64,000 nt of DNA from NCBI GenBank assembly GCA_050246435.1, contig JBFWWB010000001.1, positions 736 through 64,735 on the forward strand, written 5' to 3'. The position numbers and the translations under genes were made by a program. The notes beneath the pieces were generated by a model. The model ran no database searches. It was not told the DNA's origin and saw only the letters and a list, made by a program, of their open reading frames with translations. Origin of the DNA: Hyphomonadaceae bacterium. GTDB lineage: Bacteria > Pseudomonadota > Alphaproteobacteria > Caulobacterales > Aquidulcibacteraceae. Below are positions 35,476 to 44,987 of the stretch, in pieces. Numbering within the stretch: the first letter of the stretch is position 1; each line of letters begins with the position of its first letter.

Positions 35476-37025
35476 TGGATCAGCTCGTGACGCCCCGCCT
35501 GCTCTATACTGGTGCGGATTGGGATTTTGACGTGATCGGCCGCGTCTATGAGGCGGTGGAGGAGATCGCGCGCGAAGAGCTGAAGCTCGACGTTTACCCC
35601 AACCAAATCGAGGTGATCACCGCCGAGCAGATGCTCGACGCCTACGCCTCCACGGGCATGCCGCTGTTCTACAATCACTGGAGCTTCGGCAAGCATTTCG
35701 CGCGCAACGAGGCGATGTACCGCAAGGGCTATCAGGGGCTGGCGTACGAAATCGTCATCAACTCCAACCCGTGCCTCGTCTACATCATGGAAGAAAACAC
35801 GATCACGATGCAGACGCTCGTGATTGCACATGCGGGCTTCGGCCATAATCACTTTTTCAAGCACAACCACGTCTTCCGGCAATGGACGGACGCGGAAGGC
35901 ATCCTCGACTATCTGGCCTTCGCGAAGAATTACATTGCGCACTGCGAAGAGCGCTACGGCCACCAGGAGGTGGAGCGCCTGCTCGACGCCGCCCACGCGC
36001 TGATGAGCCACGGCGTGCACCGCTCCCCGCGCAAGCGCCCGATGGATCTGCGCTCGGAAGAGCGCCGCGAGCAGGAGCGCCGCGATCACGGCGAGCGGCT
36101 GTTCAACGATCTGTGGCGCACCGTACCGGGCGACCGGCCCGGCCTGTCGCAGCAGCGCAGCTCCGCGGAACGCCGCCGTGCGCTGCTGGGCCTGCCGGAA
36201 GAAAACCTGCTCTACTTCCTGGAGAAGACCGCCCCGCGCCTAAAGCCCTGGCACCGCGAATTGCTGCGCATCGTACGCCATATCGCCCAATATTTTTATC
36301 CTCAGCGGCAAACGAAGCTGATGAACGAAGGCTGCGCGACTTTCGTGCATCATCGCATCATGACGCGCCTGCACGAGAAGGGCCTGATCGACGACGGCGC
36401 CTTCCTCGAATTCCTGCAGTCGCACACCAATGTCGTGACGCAGCCCGACTATGACGACCGGCGCTATAACGGCATCAACCCCTACGCGCTCGGCTTCGCG
36501 ATGATGACCGACATCGAGCGCATCTGCCTCAACCCCACTGACGAGGACCGCGCCTGGTTCCCGGACATCGCCGGCAATGGCGACGGCTACGGCACCTTGA
36601 AGGACATCTGGGCGAATTACCGCGACGAAAGCTTCGTGCTGCAGTTCCTATCGCCCGCCGTGATCCGGCATTTCGGCCTGTTCCACATCGCCGACCGCGA
36701 AGAGGCCGAGGAGTTGCGCGTTTCCGATATCCATGACGAGCGCGGCTATCGCGGCGTGCGCCGCGCGCTCTCGCGCCAATACGATCTCTCGCGCGTCGAT
36801 CCCGATATCAACATTGTCGACGTCGACCTCGCGGGCGACCGCCGTCTCGATGTGCAGCACCGCGCGCTCGACGGCGTGGTGCTGGCCGAGGCGGACGCCA
36901 AGCGCGTGCTGCACTATCTCACCGAACTCTGGGGCTACGACGTGCGCCTCACCGAGATCGACGCGGAGACGGAAAACGTGCTGGCGCGCTACGAGGCGCA
37001 GCCCAGCCGGCCATTCGGCGGCTAA
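35475..37025 (+). CDS. SpoVR family protein (YcgB-like)
   Basis: YPNQIEVITAEQMLDAYASTGMPLFYNHWSFGK and VIAHAGFGHNHFFKHN are SpoVR hallmarks. The ATG shares one base with the yeaH TGA. Confidence 0.9.
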   Translation: MDQLVTPRLLYTGADWDFDVIGRVYEAVEEIAREELKLDVYPNQIEVITAEQMLDAYASTGMPLFYNHWSFGKHFARNEAMYRKGYQGLAYEIVINSNPCLVYIMEENTITMQTLVIAHAGFGHNHFFKHNHVFRQWTDAEGILDYLAFAKNYIAHCEERYGHQEVERLLDAAHALMSHGVHRSPRKRPMDLRSEERREQERRDHGERLFNDLWRTVPGDRPGLSQQRSSAERRRALLGLPEENLLYFLEKTAPRLKPWHRELLRIVRHIAQYFYPQRQTKLMNEGCATFVHHRIMTRLHEKGLIDDGAFLEFLQSHTNVVTQPDYDDRRYNGINPYALGFAMMTDIERICLNPTDEDRAWFPDIAGNGDGYGTLKDIWANYRDESFVLQFLSPAVIRHFGLFHIADREEAEELRVSDIHDERGYRGVRRALSRQYDLSRVDPDINIVDVDLAGDRRLDVQHRALDGVVLAEADAKRVLHYLTELWGYDVRLTEIDAETENVLARYEAQPSRPFGG

Positions 37026-37032
37026 AGCCCCG

Positions 37033-37776
37033 ATGTCGCGCGAAGCGCTCGCCGCCGCCATCGGGCTGGCGCGCAATGTCGTTGTCTTCACCGGCGCCGG
37101 AGCCTCCACGGAATCCGGCATCCCGGATTTCCGCAGCCCCGGCGGCGTCTGGTCGCGGATGAGGCCGATTACATTCCAGGAATTCACCGGCGATGAAAGC
37201 AAGCGCCGCGAAGCCTGGACGCGCGCCTTCACCGGCGCCGCCGGCTGGACCGGCGCCAAGCCCAACACGGGGCATTACGCCGTGGCCCGCCTTGTCGCGC
37301 AGGGCAAGGTTTCCGCGGTCATCACCCAGAATGTCGACAATCTGCACCAGGATTCCGGCATCCCGGCGAGCCAAGTGATCGAGCTGCACGGCAACGCCAG
37401 CTACGCCACATGCCTCGCCTGCGGCCTGCGCCACGAATTGGAGGAGTTTCGCGCCGCGTTCACTGAGCGCGGCGAACTGCCCGCCTGCCGGGCTTGCGGC
37501 GGCATGGTGAAAACCGCGACGATCTCGTTCGGCCAGCCGATGCCGGAAGAAGCGATGCGCCGCGCGGCGGAAGCGACCTACGAGGCCGATCTCTTCCTCG
37601 TGCTCGGCTCGTCGCTGGTGGTGTATCCCGCGGCCGCTTTGCCGGCGGCGGCGAAGCGCAACGGTTCGGTCCTGGCGATCGTCAACCGCGAACCCACCGA
37701 TCTCGACGGCATGGCCGATATCGTGCTGCGCGAAAGCATCGGCGAGGTGATGCGCTTCATCGTGCCCGGGAATTAG
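37033..37776 (+). CDS. cobB: NAD-dependent protein deacylase (Sir2/CobB family)
   Basis: VVFTGAGASTESGIPDFRSPGG, QNVDNLH, ELHGN, and a zinc ribbon CLACG..CRACGG. The ATG lies 7 nt after the spoVR stop. Confidence 0.9.
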   Translation: MSREALAAAIGLARNVVVFTGAGASTESGIPDFRSPGGVWSRMRPITFQEFTGDESKRREAWTRAFTGAAGWTGAKPNTGHYAVARLVAQGKVSAVITQNVDNLHQDSGIPASQVIELHGNASYATCLACGLRHELEEFRAAFTERGELPACRACGGMVKTATISFGQPMPEEAMRRAAEATYEADLFLVLGSSLVVYPAAALPAAAKRNGSVLAIVNREPTDLDGMADIVLRESIGEVMRFIVPGN

Positions 37777-37781
37777 CGCAT

Positions 37782-38735
37782 TCAGGCGGCGGGTTTGCTC
37801 GTCAGCGCGACGAAGACGTCTTCCAGATCGGGCGTTTGCACCGTCAGATCCTTGATGCCGACGCCGGCGCCGCGCACGCGGTCCAGCACCTGCTCCACGG
37901 TTTGCTCGCCGACGCGATAGACGATCGCCAGGCCGCCGTCCGGGCGGATATTGGTTTCCAGTCCGCCCAGCGCGATTGGCGCGGTCTCGAACGGCGTCTC
38001 GCCATGGATCACTAAGGTGCGGTGGTCCAAGCGCTGCAGAATCTGCGCTGTAGGTTCGCAGGCGACGACCTGGCCGTGATTGAAGATCGCAATCGTATCG
38101 CAGAGGTCTTGCGCCTCCTCGAGATAATGCGTCGTCAGCACGATGGTGACGCCGCTAGCGTGCAGTTCGCGGACATATTCCCAAAGCGAACGGCGCAGCT
38201 CGACATCGACGCCGGCGGTCGGTTCGTCGAGCACGACGACGGGCGGATTGTGCACCAGCGCCTTGGCCACCAGCAGGCGGCGCTTCATCCCGCCCGACAA
38301 GGAGCGCTGATAGGCGCGGTATTTATCGCCGAGGCCGACAGCGCGCAAAATCTCCATTGTGCGCCGCTCGTTCTTCGGCACGCCGTAGAAACCCGCGATC
38401 TGCTCCATCGTTTCGTACGGTGTGAAGAACGGATCGGAGACGATCTCTTGCGGCACGATGCCGATCGCGCCCTTGGCTTCGCGCCCGTGCGTGTCGATGT
38501 CGTAGCCCCAGATGCGCGCGCTTCCGCCCGTCTTCAGCACGAGGCCGGCGAGGATGTTGATGAAAGTGGATTTGCCGGCGCCGTTCGGCCCCAGCAGGCC
38601 AAAGAACGAACCGCGCGGAATCGCCAGATCGACGCCTTTCAGCGCATGCACAGGCGGCGTACGGCTGTCGCCGCGATAGGTTTTCTCAAGGCCGCGGGCC
38701 TCGATCGCGAAATCGGGAAGCGTTTCAGCGCGCAT
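37782..38735 (-). CDS. ABC transporter ATP-binding protein (ABC-2/YadG-like)
   Basis: GLLGPNGAGKST, LSGGMKRRLLVAKAL, VVVLDEPTAGVD, and TTHYLEEA. No permease gene follows it. Confidence 0.85.
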   Translation of the reverse strand: MRAETLPDFAIEARGLEKTYRGDSRTPPVHALKGVDLAIPRGSFFGLLGPNGAGKSTFINILAGLVLKTGGSARIWGYDIDTHGREAKGAIGIVPQEIVSDPFFTPYETMEQIAGFYGVPKNERRTMEILRAVGLGDKYRAYQRSLSGGMKRRLLVAKALVHNPPVVVLDEPTAGVDVELRRSLWEYVRELHASGVTIVLTTHYLEEAQDLCDTIAIFNHGQVVACEPTAQILQRLDHRTLVIHGETPFETAPIALGGLETNIRPDGGLAIVYRVGEQTVEQVLDRVRGAGVGIKDLTVQTPDLEDVFVALTSKPAA

Positions 38736-38841
38736 GGGATGCCGAATTCTGGATGAAGGGGCTGCGCCGATTGACACCCGCCGGGCGCGGCCTCTAGGCA
38801 GGCCCTCTTAGTCCCTCCCTCTCCGCGAAGCAAACCACCCG

Positions 38842-39045
38842 ATGCCGCACCATCCCGAGGAACGCCCTGCGCCGCCCGAAATCATCGAGACGGCCTCCCG
38901 CCGCGTCTCGTGCGACGGTGGCGGCGGCGCGCTGGGCCACCCGCGCATCTACATGGAGATGGGCGACGAGACGTTCGTCGAATGCAGCTATTGCGACCGG
39001 CGCTTCGTGCTGAAGGCCGGCGCCGAGGCCCAAGGCGGCCACTAG
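38842..39045 (+). CDS. zinc-finger domain-containing protein (zf-CHCC, NDUFS6-like)
   Basis: 67 aa. VSCDGGGGALGHPRIYMEMGDETFVECSYCDRRF matches the conserved alphaproteobacterial zf-CHCC protein. Confidence 0.75.
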   Translation: MPHHPEERPAPPEIIETASRRVSCDGGGGALGHPRIYMEMGDETFVECSYCDRRFVLKAGAEAQGGH

Positions 39046-39195
39046 CGCGCCGGTGCGAACGCCCAGCCGCAGGCAAGCGCGTCCGAATGCGGCGAGCGGG
39101 ATGAAACGGGAACGTGTAAAAGCGGCCCAGCCGGAAGCCAGTTGAAATCCGGAAACCGGCGCCAAGAAATATCAGGAAATATGCGGGGAGGCCCC

Positions 39196-40020
39196 ATGCC
39201 CAAGCGTCCAGAAGCCGCAACAGTCTTCCAACGCCTGCATCAGGGCTCCGAGGTGCTGATCCTCGCCAACACATGGGACGCGGTCAGCGCGCGGGTGACG
39301 GCCGATCTCGGCGCCAAGGCCGTGGCCACCTCTAGCGCCGCGGTGGCGTGGGCGCATGGCTATGCCGATGTGCACCACCTGCCCTTCCAGCGCCTGCTGA
39401 CAACAGTGCAGGAGATCGCCCGCGTGGTGGACGCGCCGATCACGGTCGACATGGAAGGCGGCTACTCGAACGATCCCGCAGAGGTGGCGCGTAATGTGGC
39501 CGCCGTGATCGAGGCGGGCGCCGTGGGCATGAATCTGGAAGACGGGCCGGACCCTGTGGACCTGTGCTGCCGCAAGATCGAAGCGGTGCGCGCCGCCGCG
39601 GACGCCGTCGGCGTGGATTTCTTCATCAATGCGCGGGTGGACGTGTATCTCTACAAGGTCGCCGAGGGCGACGCCGCGATCGCGGAATCCATCGCCCGCG
39701 GCAAGCGCTATATCGCGGCGGGGGCCAGCGGGGTGTTCCTGCCCGGTCCATCGGACGGGGCGATCCTCAAAGCGGTGGCCGCCGAGGTCGGCGCGCCGTT
39801 GAACGCCATGTCGCGCGCGGGGCTGCCCAACGCGGCCGCGCTGCAGAAGTTGGGCGTGCGCCGTCTCAGCGCCTCCGCCGACATGATCCACGCCGCGATG
39901 GCCGCCTTGCGCACGCAAGCCGCCGCCTGGCTGCGCGACGGCGATTCCGCCCCCCTGCTCGCGGCCGGCGCGCCCAACACGAACTATAACGCGATTTTCC
40001 GCGCAGCCGGCGGCGGCTGA
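39196..40020 (+). CDS. isocitrate lyase/PEP mutase family protein
   Basis: LILANTWDAVSARV..GAKAVATSSAAVA ... ITVDMEGGY ... AGAVGMNLEDG is the ICL/PEPM superfamily pattern. Start ATG 39196 (alternative 39181). Confidence 0.8.
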   Translation: MPKRPEAATVFQRLHQGSEVLILANTWDAVSARVTADLGAKAVATSSAAVAWAHGYADVHHLPFQRLLTTVQEIARVVDAPITVDMEGGYSNDPAEVARNVAAVIEAGAVGMNLEDGPDPVDLCCRKIEAVRAAADAVGVDFFINARVDVYLYKVAEGDAAIAESIARGKRYIAAGASGVFLPGPSDGAILKAVAAEVGAPLNAMSRAGLPNAAALQKLGVRRLSASADMIHAAMAALRTQAAAWLRDGDSAPLLAAGAPNTNYNAIFRAAGGG

Positions 40021-40071
40021 GACCCACAGGAACGGGTTCGACGCACGGACGTGCAGCGTTTATCTAGGCGC

Positions 40072-42954
40072 ATGCCCGACAGCGCCTCCGCCGCCCCGCA
40101 GCTCGACAGCCAAAGCCGTCTCTATCTGGTCGACGGCTCCGGCTACATCTTCCGCGCCTATCATGCGCTGCCGCCGCTGACGCGGCCGTCCGACGGGCTG
40201 CCCGTTGGGGCGGTCTCCGGCTTTTGCAACATGCTGTGGAAATTTCTCGAGGATGTGAAGGGCCCCGAGAAGCCGACGCACCTGGCCATCGTGTTCGACA
40301 AATCGGAGCAGACGTTCCGAAAGGACATCTATCCGAAATACAAGGCCCAGCGCCCGCCGGCGCCGGAAGACCTCGTGCCGCAATTCCCGCTGGTGCGCGA
40401 AGCCGCGCGCGCGTTCGGTATTTCGGTGGTGGAGCTCGACGGTTTCGAGGCGGACGATCTGATCGCCACTTATGCGCGCCTTGCTGCGCGCGCCGGCGCG
40501 AAAGTGAACATCGTTTCTTCCGACAAGGATCTGATGCAACTCGTCGAGGATGGGATCATCCATCTGTTCGATCCGATGAAGCAGAAGCCGATCGGCCCTG
40601 CCGAGGTGATGGAGAAATTCGGCGTCGGCCCAGACAAGGTGATCGACGTGCAGGCGCTGATGGGCGATTCCACCGACAACGTGCCCGGCTGCCCTGGCAT
40701 CGGTCAGAAAACGGCCGCCGAACTGATCACCGCCTATGGCGACATCGAAACGCTGCTGGCGCGCGCGGGCGAGATCAAGCAGCCGAAGCGCCGCGAAGCG
40801 TTGATCGCCAATGCCGATCTGATCCGCGTGTCCAAGGAATTGGTGACCTTGAGAGACGACACGCCCCTGCCCGAGCCGGTGGAGGCGTTCGCCGTCGCCG
40901 ATCCCGATCCGGGAACCTTGCTCGCCTTTCTCGATACGATGCAATTCACCACCTTGGGCCGGCGCGTGCGCGAGCATTTCGCGCGCACGGGCGCGCCTGC
41001 GCCGGAGCAGGCGCCGGCGGAGATCAAGATCGCCGAGGCGCTGCAAGAGCCGGCGATAGACTTCAACGCCTACGAAACGGTCGACACGCTGGAAAAGCTT
41101 TCGCACTGGATCGCGCGCGCGCAGGAGGCGGGCTTCGTCGGCTTGGCCGCACAAGGCGACACGCACGGCACGCCGAGGGCGCGGCTCATCGGCGTTTCGC
41201 TGGCGCTTTCGGCCAATCAGGCTTGTTACATCCCGCTGGCGCACGTGCGGCGCAGCGAACCCGTGGGCGATCTCTTCGCCGCGCCGCCGCCCGGAGAATT
41301 GCAGCCCCCCACGCCGGAGGCGGTCGATGCGCCCGCCGTGCAAATCCCGCTCGACGCCGCGATTCTGGCGCTCAAGCCGCTGCTGGAAGATCCCACGGTG
41401 CTGAAGATCGGCCACGACGTGAAGCGCAGCCGCGCGCTGTTGGGGCGCCACGGCGTGCGCCTTGCGCCGTTCGACGACGTGATGCTGATTTCCTACGCGC
41501 TCGCCGGCGGGCTGGACGAGCACGACCTGGAATCCCTGAGCGAGCAGCATCTGGGCCACAAGCCGATTTCCTTCGCGGACGTGTGCGGCAGCGGCAAGGG
41601 ACAGATCCCGTTCGACCGCGCGCCGGTGGCGATGGCGGCGCGCTATTCCGCCGAAGACGCCGACATCACCATACGCCTGTGGCGGCGGCTGAAGCCGCGC
41701 CTCGCGCGTGAGCGCGTGCGCACCGTCTATGAAACCCTGGAGCGCCCGATCGCGCCGGTGCTGGGCGACATGGAGGAAGCGGGCGTGCGCGTCGATGCGA
41801 ACGTGCTGTCCCGCCTATCGGGCGATTTCGCGCAGCGCATGGGCGCGCTGGAAGACGAGGCATACAAGATCGCCGGCAAGCAGTTCAACATGGGCAGCCC
41901 CAAGCAGATCGGGGACATCTTCTTCGGCGAGATGGGCCTGCCTGGCGGACGCAAAACCAAAACCGGCGCCTGGAGCACCGACGCCGACGTGCTGGAGGAT
42001 TTGGCGGCCCAAGGCCATGCGTTGCCGCGCGTGCTGCTGGACTGGCGCCAGCTTTCCAAGCTGCGCTCGACCTACACGGAAGCGCTGCGCGAGGCGATCG
42101 ATCCAAAAACCGCGCGCGTGCACACCACGTTTCAATTGGCGGCGACCACGACGGGGCGGCTCTCCTCCTACGATCCCAATCTGCAGAATATTCCGATCCG
42201 CACCGATGAAGGCCGTCGCATCCGCGAGGCGTTCATCGCCGATCCGGGCGCGAAGCTGATCTCGGCGGACTATTCGCAGATCGAGTTGCGCCTGCTGGCG
42301 CATGTCGCCGATATTCCGGCGCTGAAGCAGGCATTCATGGACGGGCTGGACATCCACGCGATGACCGCCTCGGAAATGTTTTCGACACCCATCGAAGGCA
42401 TGGACCCGATGATCCGTCGCCAGGCGAAGGCGATCAATTTCGGCATCATCTACGGGATATCCGCGTTCGGCCTGGCGCGCAATCTGGGCATCGAGCGCGG
42501 CGTGGCCGACGCCTACATCAAGCAATATTTCGAGCGCTTCCCCGGCATCCGCGACTACATGGAGCGCACGAAGGCGCTGGCGCGCGAAACGGGTTATGTG
42601 ACGACGATCTTCGGGCGGCGCTGCTGGGCGCCGGGCATCAAGTCGCGCAACCCGACGGAGCGCGCCTATGGCGAACGCCAGGCGATCAATGCGCCGCTGC
42701 AGGGCGCCGCCGCCGACATCATCCGGCGTGCGATGGTCCGCGTGCCCGCCGCGCTCGCCGCCGCCGGCCTCAAGACGCGCATGCTGCTGCAGGTGCACGA
42801 CGAATTGGTGTTCGAGGCGCCGGAGGCGGAAGTCGCGGAAGCAAGCGCGCTGGTGAAGTCCGTGATGGAGGCGGCGGCGCTGCCGGCGGTGGCGCTATCG
42901 GTGCCGCTGACGGTGGAGGCGAAGGCCGGCCGGACCTGGGCCGAAGCGCACTAG
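40072..42954 (+). CDS. polA: DNA polymerase I
   Basis: 5-prime nuclease domain LYLVDGSGYIFRAYHALP, polymerase motifs SADYSQIELRLLAH and LLQVHDELVFEAP. About 960 aa. Confidence 0.95.
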   Translation: MPDSASAAPQLDSQSRLYLVDGSGYIFRAYHALPPLTRPSDGLPVGAVSGFCNMLWKFLEDVKGPEKPTHLAIVFDKSEQTFRKDIYPKYKAQRPPAPEDLVPQFPLVREAARAFGISVVELDGFEADDLIATYARLAARAGAKVNIVSSDKDLMQLVEDGIIHLFDPMKQKPIGPAEVMEKFGVGPDKVIDVQALMGDSTDNVPGCPGIGQKTAAELITAYGDIETLLARAGEIKQPKRREALIANADLIRVSKELVTLRDDTPLPEPVEAFAVADPDPGTLLAFLDTMQFTTLGRRVREHFARTGAPAPEQAPAEIKIAEALQEPAIDFNAYETVDTLEKLSHWIARAQEAGFVGLAAQGDTHGTPRARLIGVSLALSANQACYIPLAHVRRSEPVGDLFAAPPPGELQPPTPEAVDAPAVQIPLDAAILALKPLLEDPTVLKIGHDVKRSRALLGRHGVRLAPFDDVMLISYALAGGLDEHDLESLSEQHLGHKPISFADVCGSGKGQIPFDRAPVAMAARYSAEDADITIRLWRRLKPRLARERVRTVYETLERPIAPVLGDMEEAGVRVDANVLSRLSGDFAQRMGALEDEAYKIAGKQFNMGSPKQIGDIFFGEMGLPGGRKTKTGAWSTDADVLEDLAAQGHALPRVLLDWRQLSKLRSTYTEALREAIDPKTARVHTTFQLAATTTGRLSSYDPNLQNIPIRTDEGRRIREAFIADPGAKLISADYSQIELRLLAHVADIPALKQAFMDGLDIHAMTASEMFSTPIEGMDPMIRRQAKAINFGIIYGISAFGLARNLGIERGVADAYIKQYFERFPGIRDYMERTKALARETGYVTTIFGRRCWAPGIKSRNPTERAYGERQAINAPLQGAAADIIRRAMVRVPAALAAAGLKTRMLLQVHDELVFEAPEAEVAEASALVKSVMEAAALPAVALSVPLTVEAKAGRTWAEAH

Positions 42955-42957
42955 CGT

Positions 42958-43464
42958 TCAGAAGCGCAGCTTCGCCTGCACCCTGAACGATCGCGCCGCC
43001 ATCGCGACCGGTTCGCCGCGCGCTTCGCCGGCGGCGCGCGTGGCGTAGAGATACGCAAGATTGCGGTCTTCCGTGTCGAACAGGTTGACGCTTTCGAGCG
43101 CCAGCGTAACGCCGCCGAGGCGCCACCCGATCCGCCCGTTGACGATCGCCGGCTCCGCGCGCGCCGCCTCGCCGAACGCCGCCGCGGGAACGCCTTCGGC
43201 GTACAGCTCCACCCGCGAGGAAAGGCGCAGCGCCAAAGCGGCGGAAGACCGCACCGTGCCCGCCGCGGCCTCGACGCCATGGGTGAGCCGCAGGCGCGGC
43301 AGCAGCCCATCGCCGCGCACCGGCGGCGGATCGATGCGTTCGATCGCGGAGACGAGCGTAAGCGGCTGCTCCCTGGCGGCTTGATCGTCAGCCCACGCCG
43401 GCGTGGCGAGCAGCGAAAGCGCCCACGCGCATAGCGCGGCGAAGGCCTGCGCCCCTCGCCTCAA
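42958..43464 (-). CDS. small secreted protein with TonB-dependent-receptor-like C-terminal beta strands
   Basis: Signal peptide ending AWA-DD. The C-terminal LALESVNLFDTEDRNLAYLY ... SFRVQAKLRF ends in an aromatic residue like outer-membrane barrels. At 168 aa it is far too short for a full receptor. Confidence 0.45.
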   Translation of the reverse strand: MRRGAQAFAALCAWALSLLATPAWADDQAAREQPLTLVSAIERIDPPPVRGDGLLPRLRLTHGVEAAAGTVRSSAALALRLSSRVELYAEGVPAAAFGEAARAEPAIVNGRIGWRLGGVTLALESVNLFDTEDRNLAYLYATRAAGEARGEPVAMAARSFRVQAKLRF

Positions 43465-43562
43465 TGCCAGATGCCGCGTTGTAACACGCGTTCAGGATTC
43501 AGCGATTTGCGCGCCGCCTCAAACCTTTTCAGCCTAAAGGAAGGGCGGCGCCCGCTTTTTGA

Positions 43563-44264
43563 TCACTCTTGTTCGTCGTCGCGCGGCGGCGGCTTGTGTT
43601 CGGCGGCTTCCAGCAAGTCCAAGATCTGGATGCGCAGATGCGGCGACTTGGAAAGCGCCGTCGTCGCCTCCTTGGTCATCAGCAGGCGCTTCGCCGGCTC
43701 CAGCGCCGATTTCGCGCACGCCCCCGCAGGCAGCACGCCCCGCGCCAGTAGAGACAGAAGCGCAGCGGCGCGATTTTCCGGCGGCGCGCCGGATTCCAGC
43801 ACCGTTTCGACGATGCGCAGACCCCACATCACGCGCATGCCGTTGCGGTCGAGATCGACCATCGCCTCGTCACGATCGCGGCGGCGCATCGTGCTGTCGC
43901 GGACCAGGCGCTGCAGCTCCGCCAGCCGGCGCAGCCGCACCACCGCCGGCACCAGCGGATCGAGCACCGCCCGCTCGAAGGATTGCGCATGCAGCGCGCG
44001 GCGGACGACGCGGGCGAACTTCTTCTGGTCCAGCTCGTCCTGAAGGTCGCCCGCACCCTTGAGCAGCAGGCGCAGCCGCGCGAAGCCGGCGGGCTCGGGC
44101 TGGCCGTCATCCAGCGCTTCAGACAGCGCATCGGCCTGGGCTGCGGCTGTAATCACCGGCAAAGCTTGCCAAATATCGCCTAAGACCAGGTTACGGCCGG
44201 CCGCCGGGAACCGGCAAAAGCTTGCTTTCGCCGCCGCTTTCCTGAAAAAACCGCAAAGCCGCAA
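43563..44264 (-). CDS. hypothetical protein (start uncertain)
   Basis: The C-terminal roughly 190 aa is helical and plausible. The first roughly 40 aa of the track ORF look non-coding and would leave only 24 nt before chvI. A GTG at 44156 is an alternative start. Confidence 0.4.
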   Translation of the reverse strand: MRLCGFFRKAAAKASFCRFPAAGRNLVLGDIWQALPVITAAAQADALSEALDDGQPEPAGFARLRLLLKGAGDLQDELDQKKFARVVRRALHAQSFERAVLDPLVPAVVRLRRLAELQRLVRDSTMRRRDRDEAMVDLDRNGMRVMWGLRIVETVLESGAPPENRAAALLSLLARGVLPAGACAKSALEPAKRLLMTKEATTALSKSPHLRIQILDLLEAAEHKPPPRDDEQE

Positions 44265-44288
44265 GGCGTTTGGACGCTTCTTTCAGCC

Positions 44289-44987
44289 ATGCCCACGATC
44301 GCCCTGGTCGACGACGACGAAAACATCCTCGCCTCCTTGAAGATCTTCTTCGAGGCGGAAGGCTACGCCGTGAAGGCCTTTCATGACGGCCAGACGGCCC
44401 TCGCGGCGCTCTCCGAAAGCCCGCCAGACGTCGCCATCCTGGACATCAAGATGCCCCGGATGGACGGCATCGAGATGCTGCGTCGGCTACGCCAGGCCTC
44501 CGATCTGCCGGTCATCTTCCTCACCTCGAAGGACGATGAGATGGACGAGGTCGTGGGCTTCAACGTCGGGGCCGACGATTACATCAAAAAGCCGTTCTCC
44601 CAGCGTTTGCTCAGCGAACGGGTGAAAGCGCTGCTGCGCCGGTCGCGCAGCGGGCCCGGCGGCGCTGGCGAAACGGGTGACCGCAAGACCATTGTCCGCG
44701 GCCAGCTGAGCCTCGATCCGAACCGCCATTCCTGCACCTGGAAGGGCGCACCGGTTCGCCTCACGGTCACGGAATTCCTGATCCTGCAGGCGCTCGCTAA
44801 CCGTCCAGGCTTCGTGAAAAGCCGGGACCAGTTGATGGACGCGGCTTATGACGACCAAGTCTATGTCGACGACCGCACCATCGACAGCCACATCAAGCGG
44901 CTCCGAAAGAAATTCCGCGAGGTCGATACCGAGTTCGATGCGATCGAGACGCTCTACGGGGTCGGTTATCGCTACAACGAAGCGTGA
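44289..44987 (+). CDS. chvI: OmpR-family response regulator ChvI
   Basis: [25 protein letters not shown] ... [23 protein letters not shown] ... IFLTSKDDE ... winged helix [10 protein letters not shown]. Followed by chvG. Confidence 0.9.
   Translation: MPTIALVDDDENILASLKIFFEAEGYAVKAFHDGQTALAALSESPPDVAILDIKMPRMDGIEMLRRLRQASDLPVIFLTSKDDEMDEVVGFNVGADDYIKKPFSQRLLSERVKALLRRSRSGPGGAGETGDRKTIVRGQLSLDPNRHSCTWKGAPVRLTVTEFLILQALANRPGFVKSRDQLMDAAYDDQVYVDDRTIDSHIKRLRKKFREVDTEFDAIETLYGVGYRYNEA

Noticed and set aside
39100-39165. Possible cobalamin-riboswitch-like fragments (GGGAAC..GTGTAAAAGC and GTTGAAATCCGG) before the ICL/PEPM gene
   Set aside because: Only short partial matches. There is no B12 box, and no consistent multi-helix structure could be drawn by eye.
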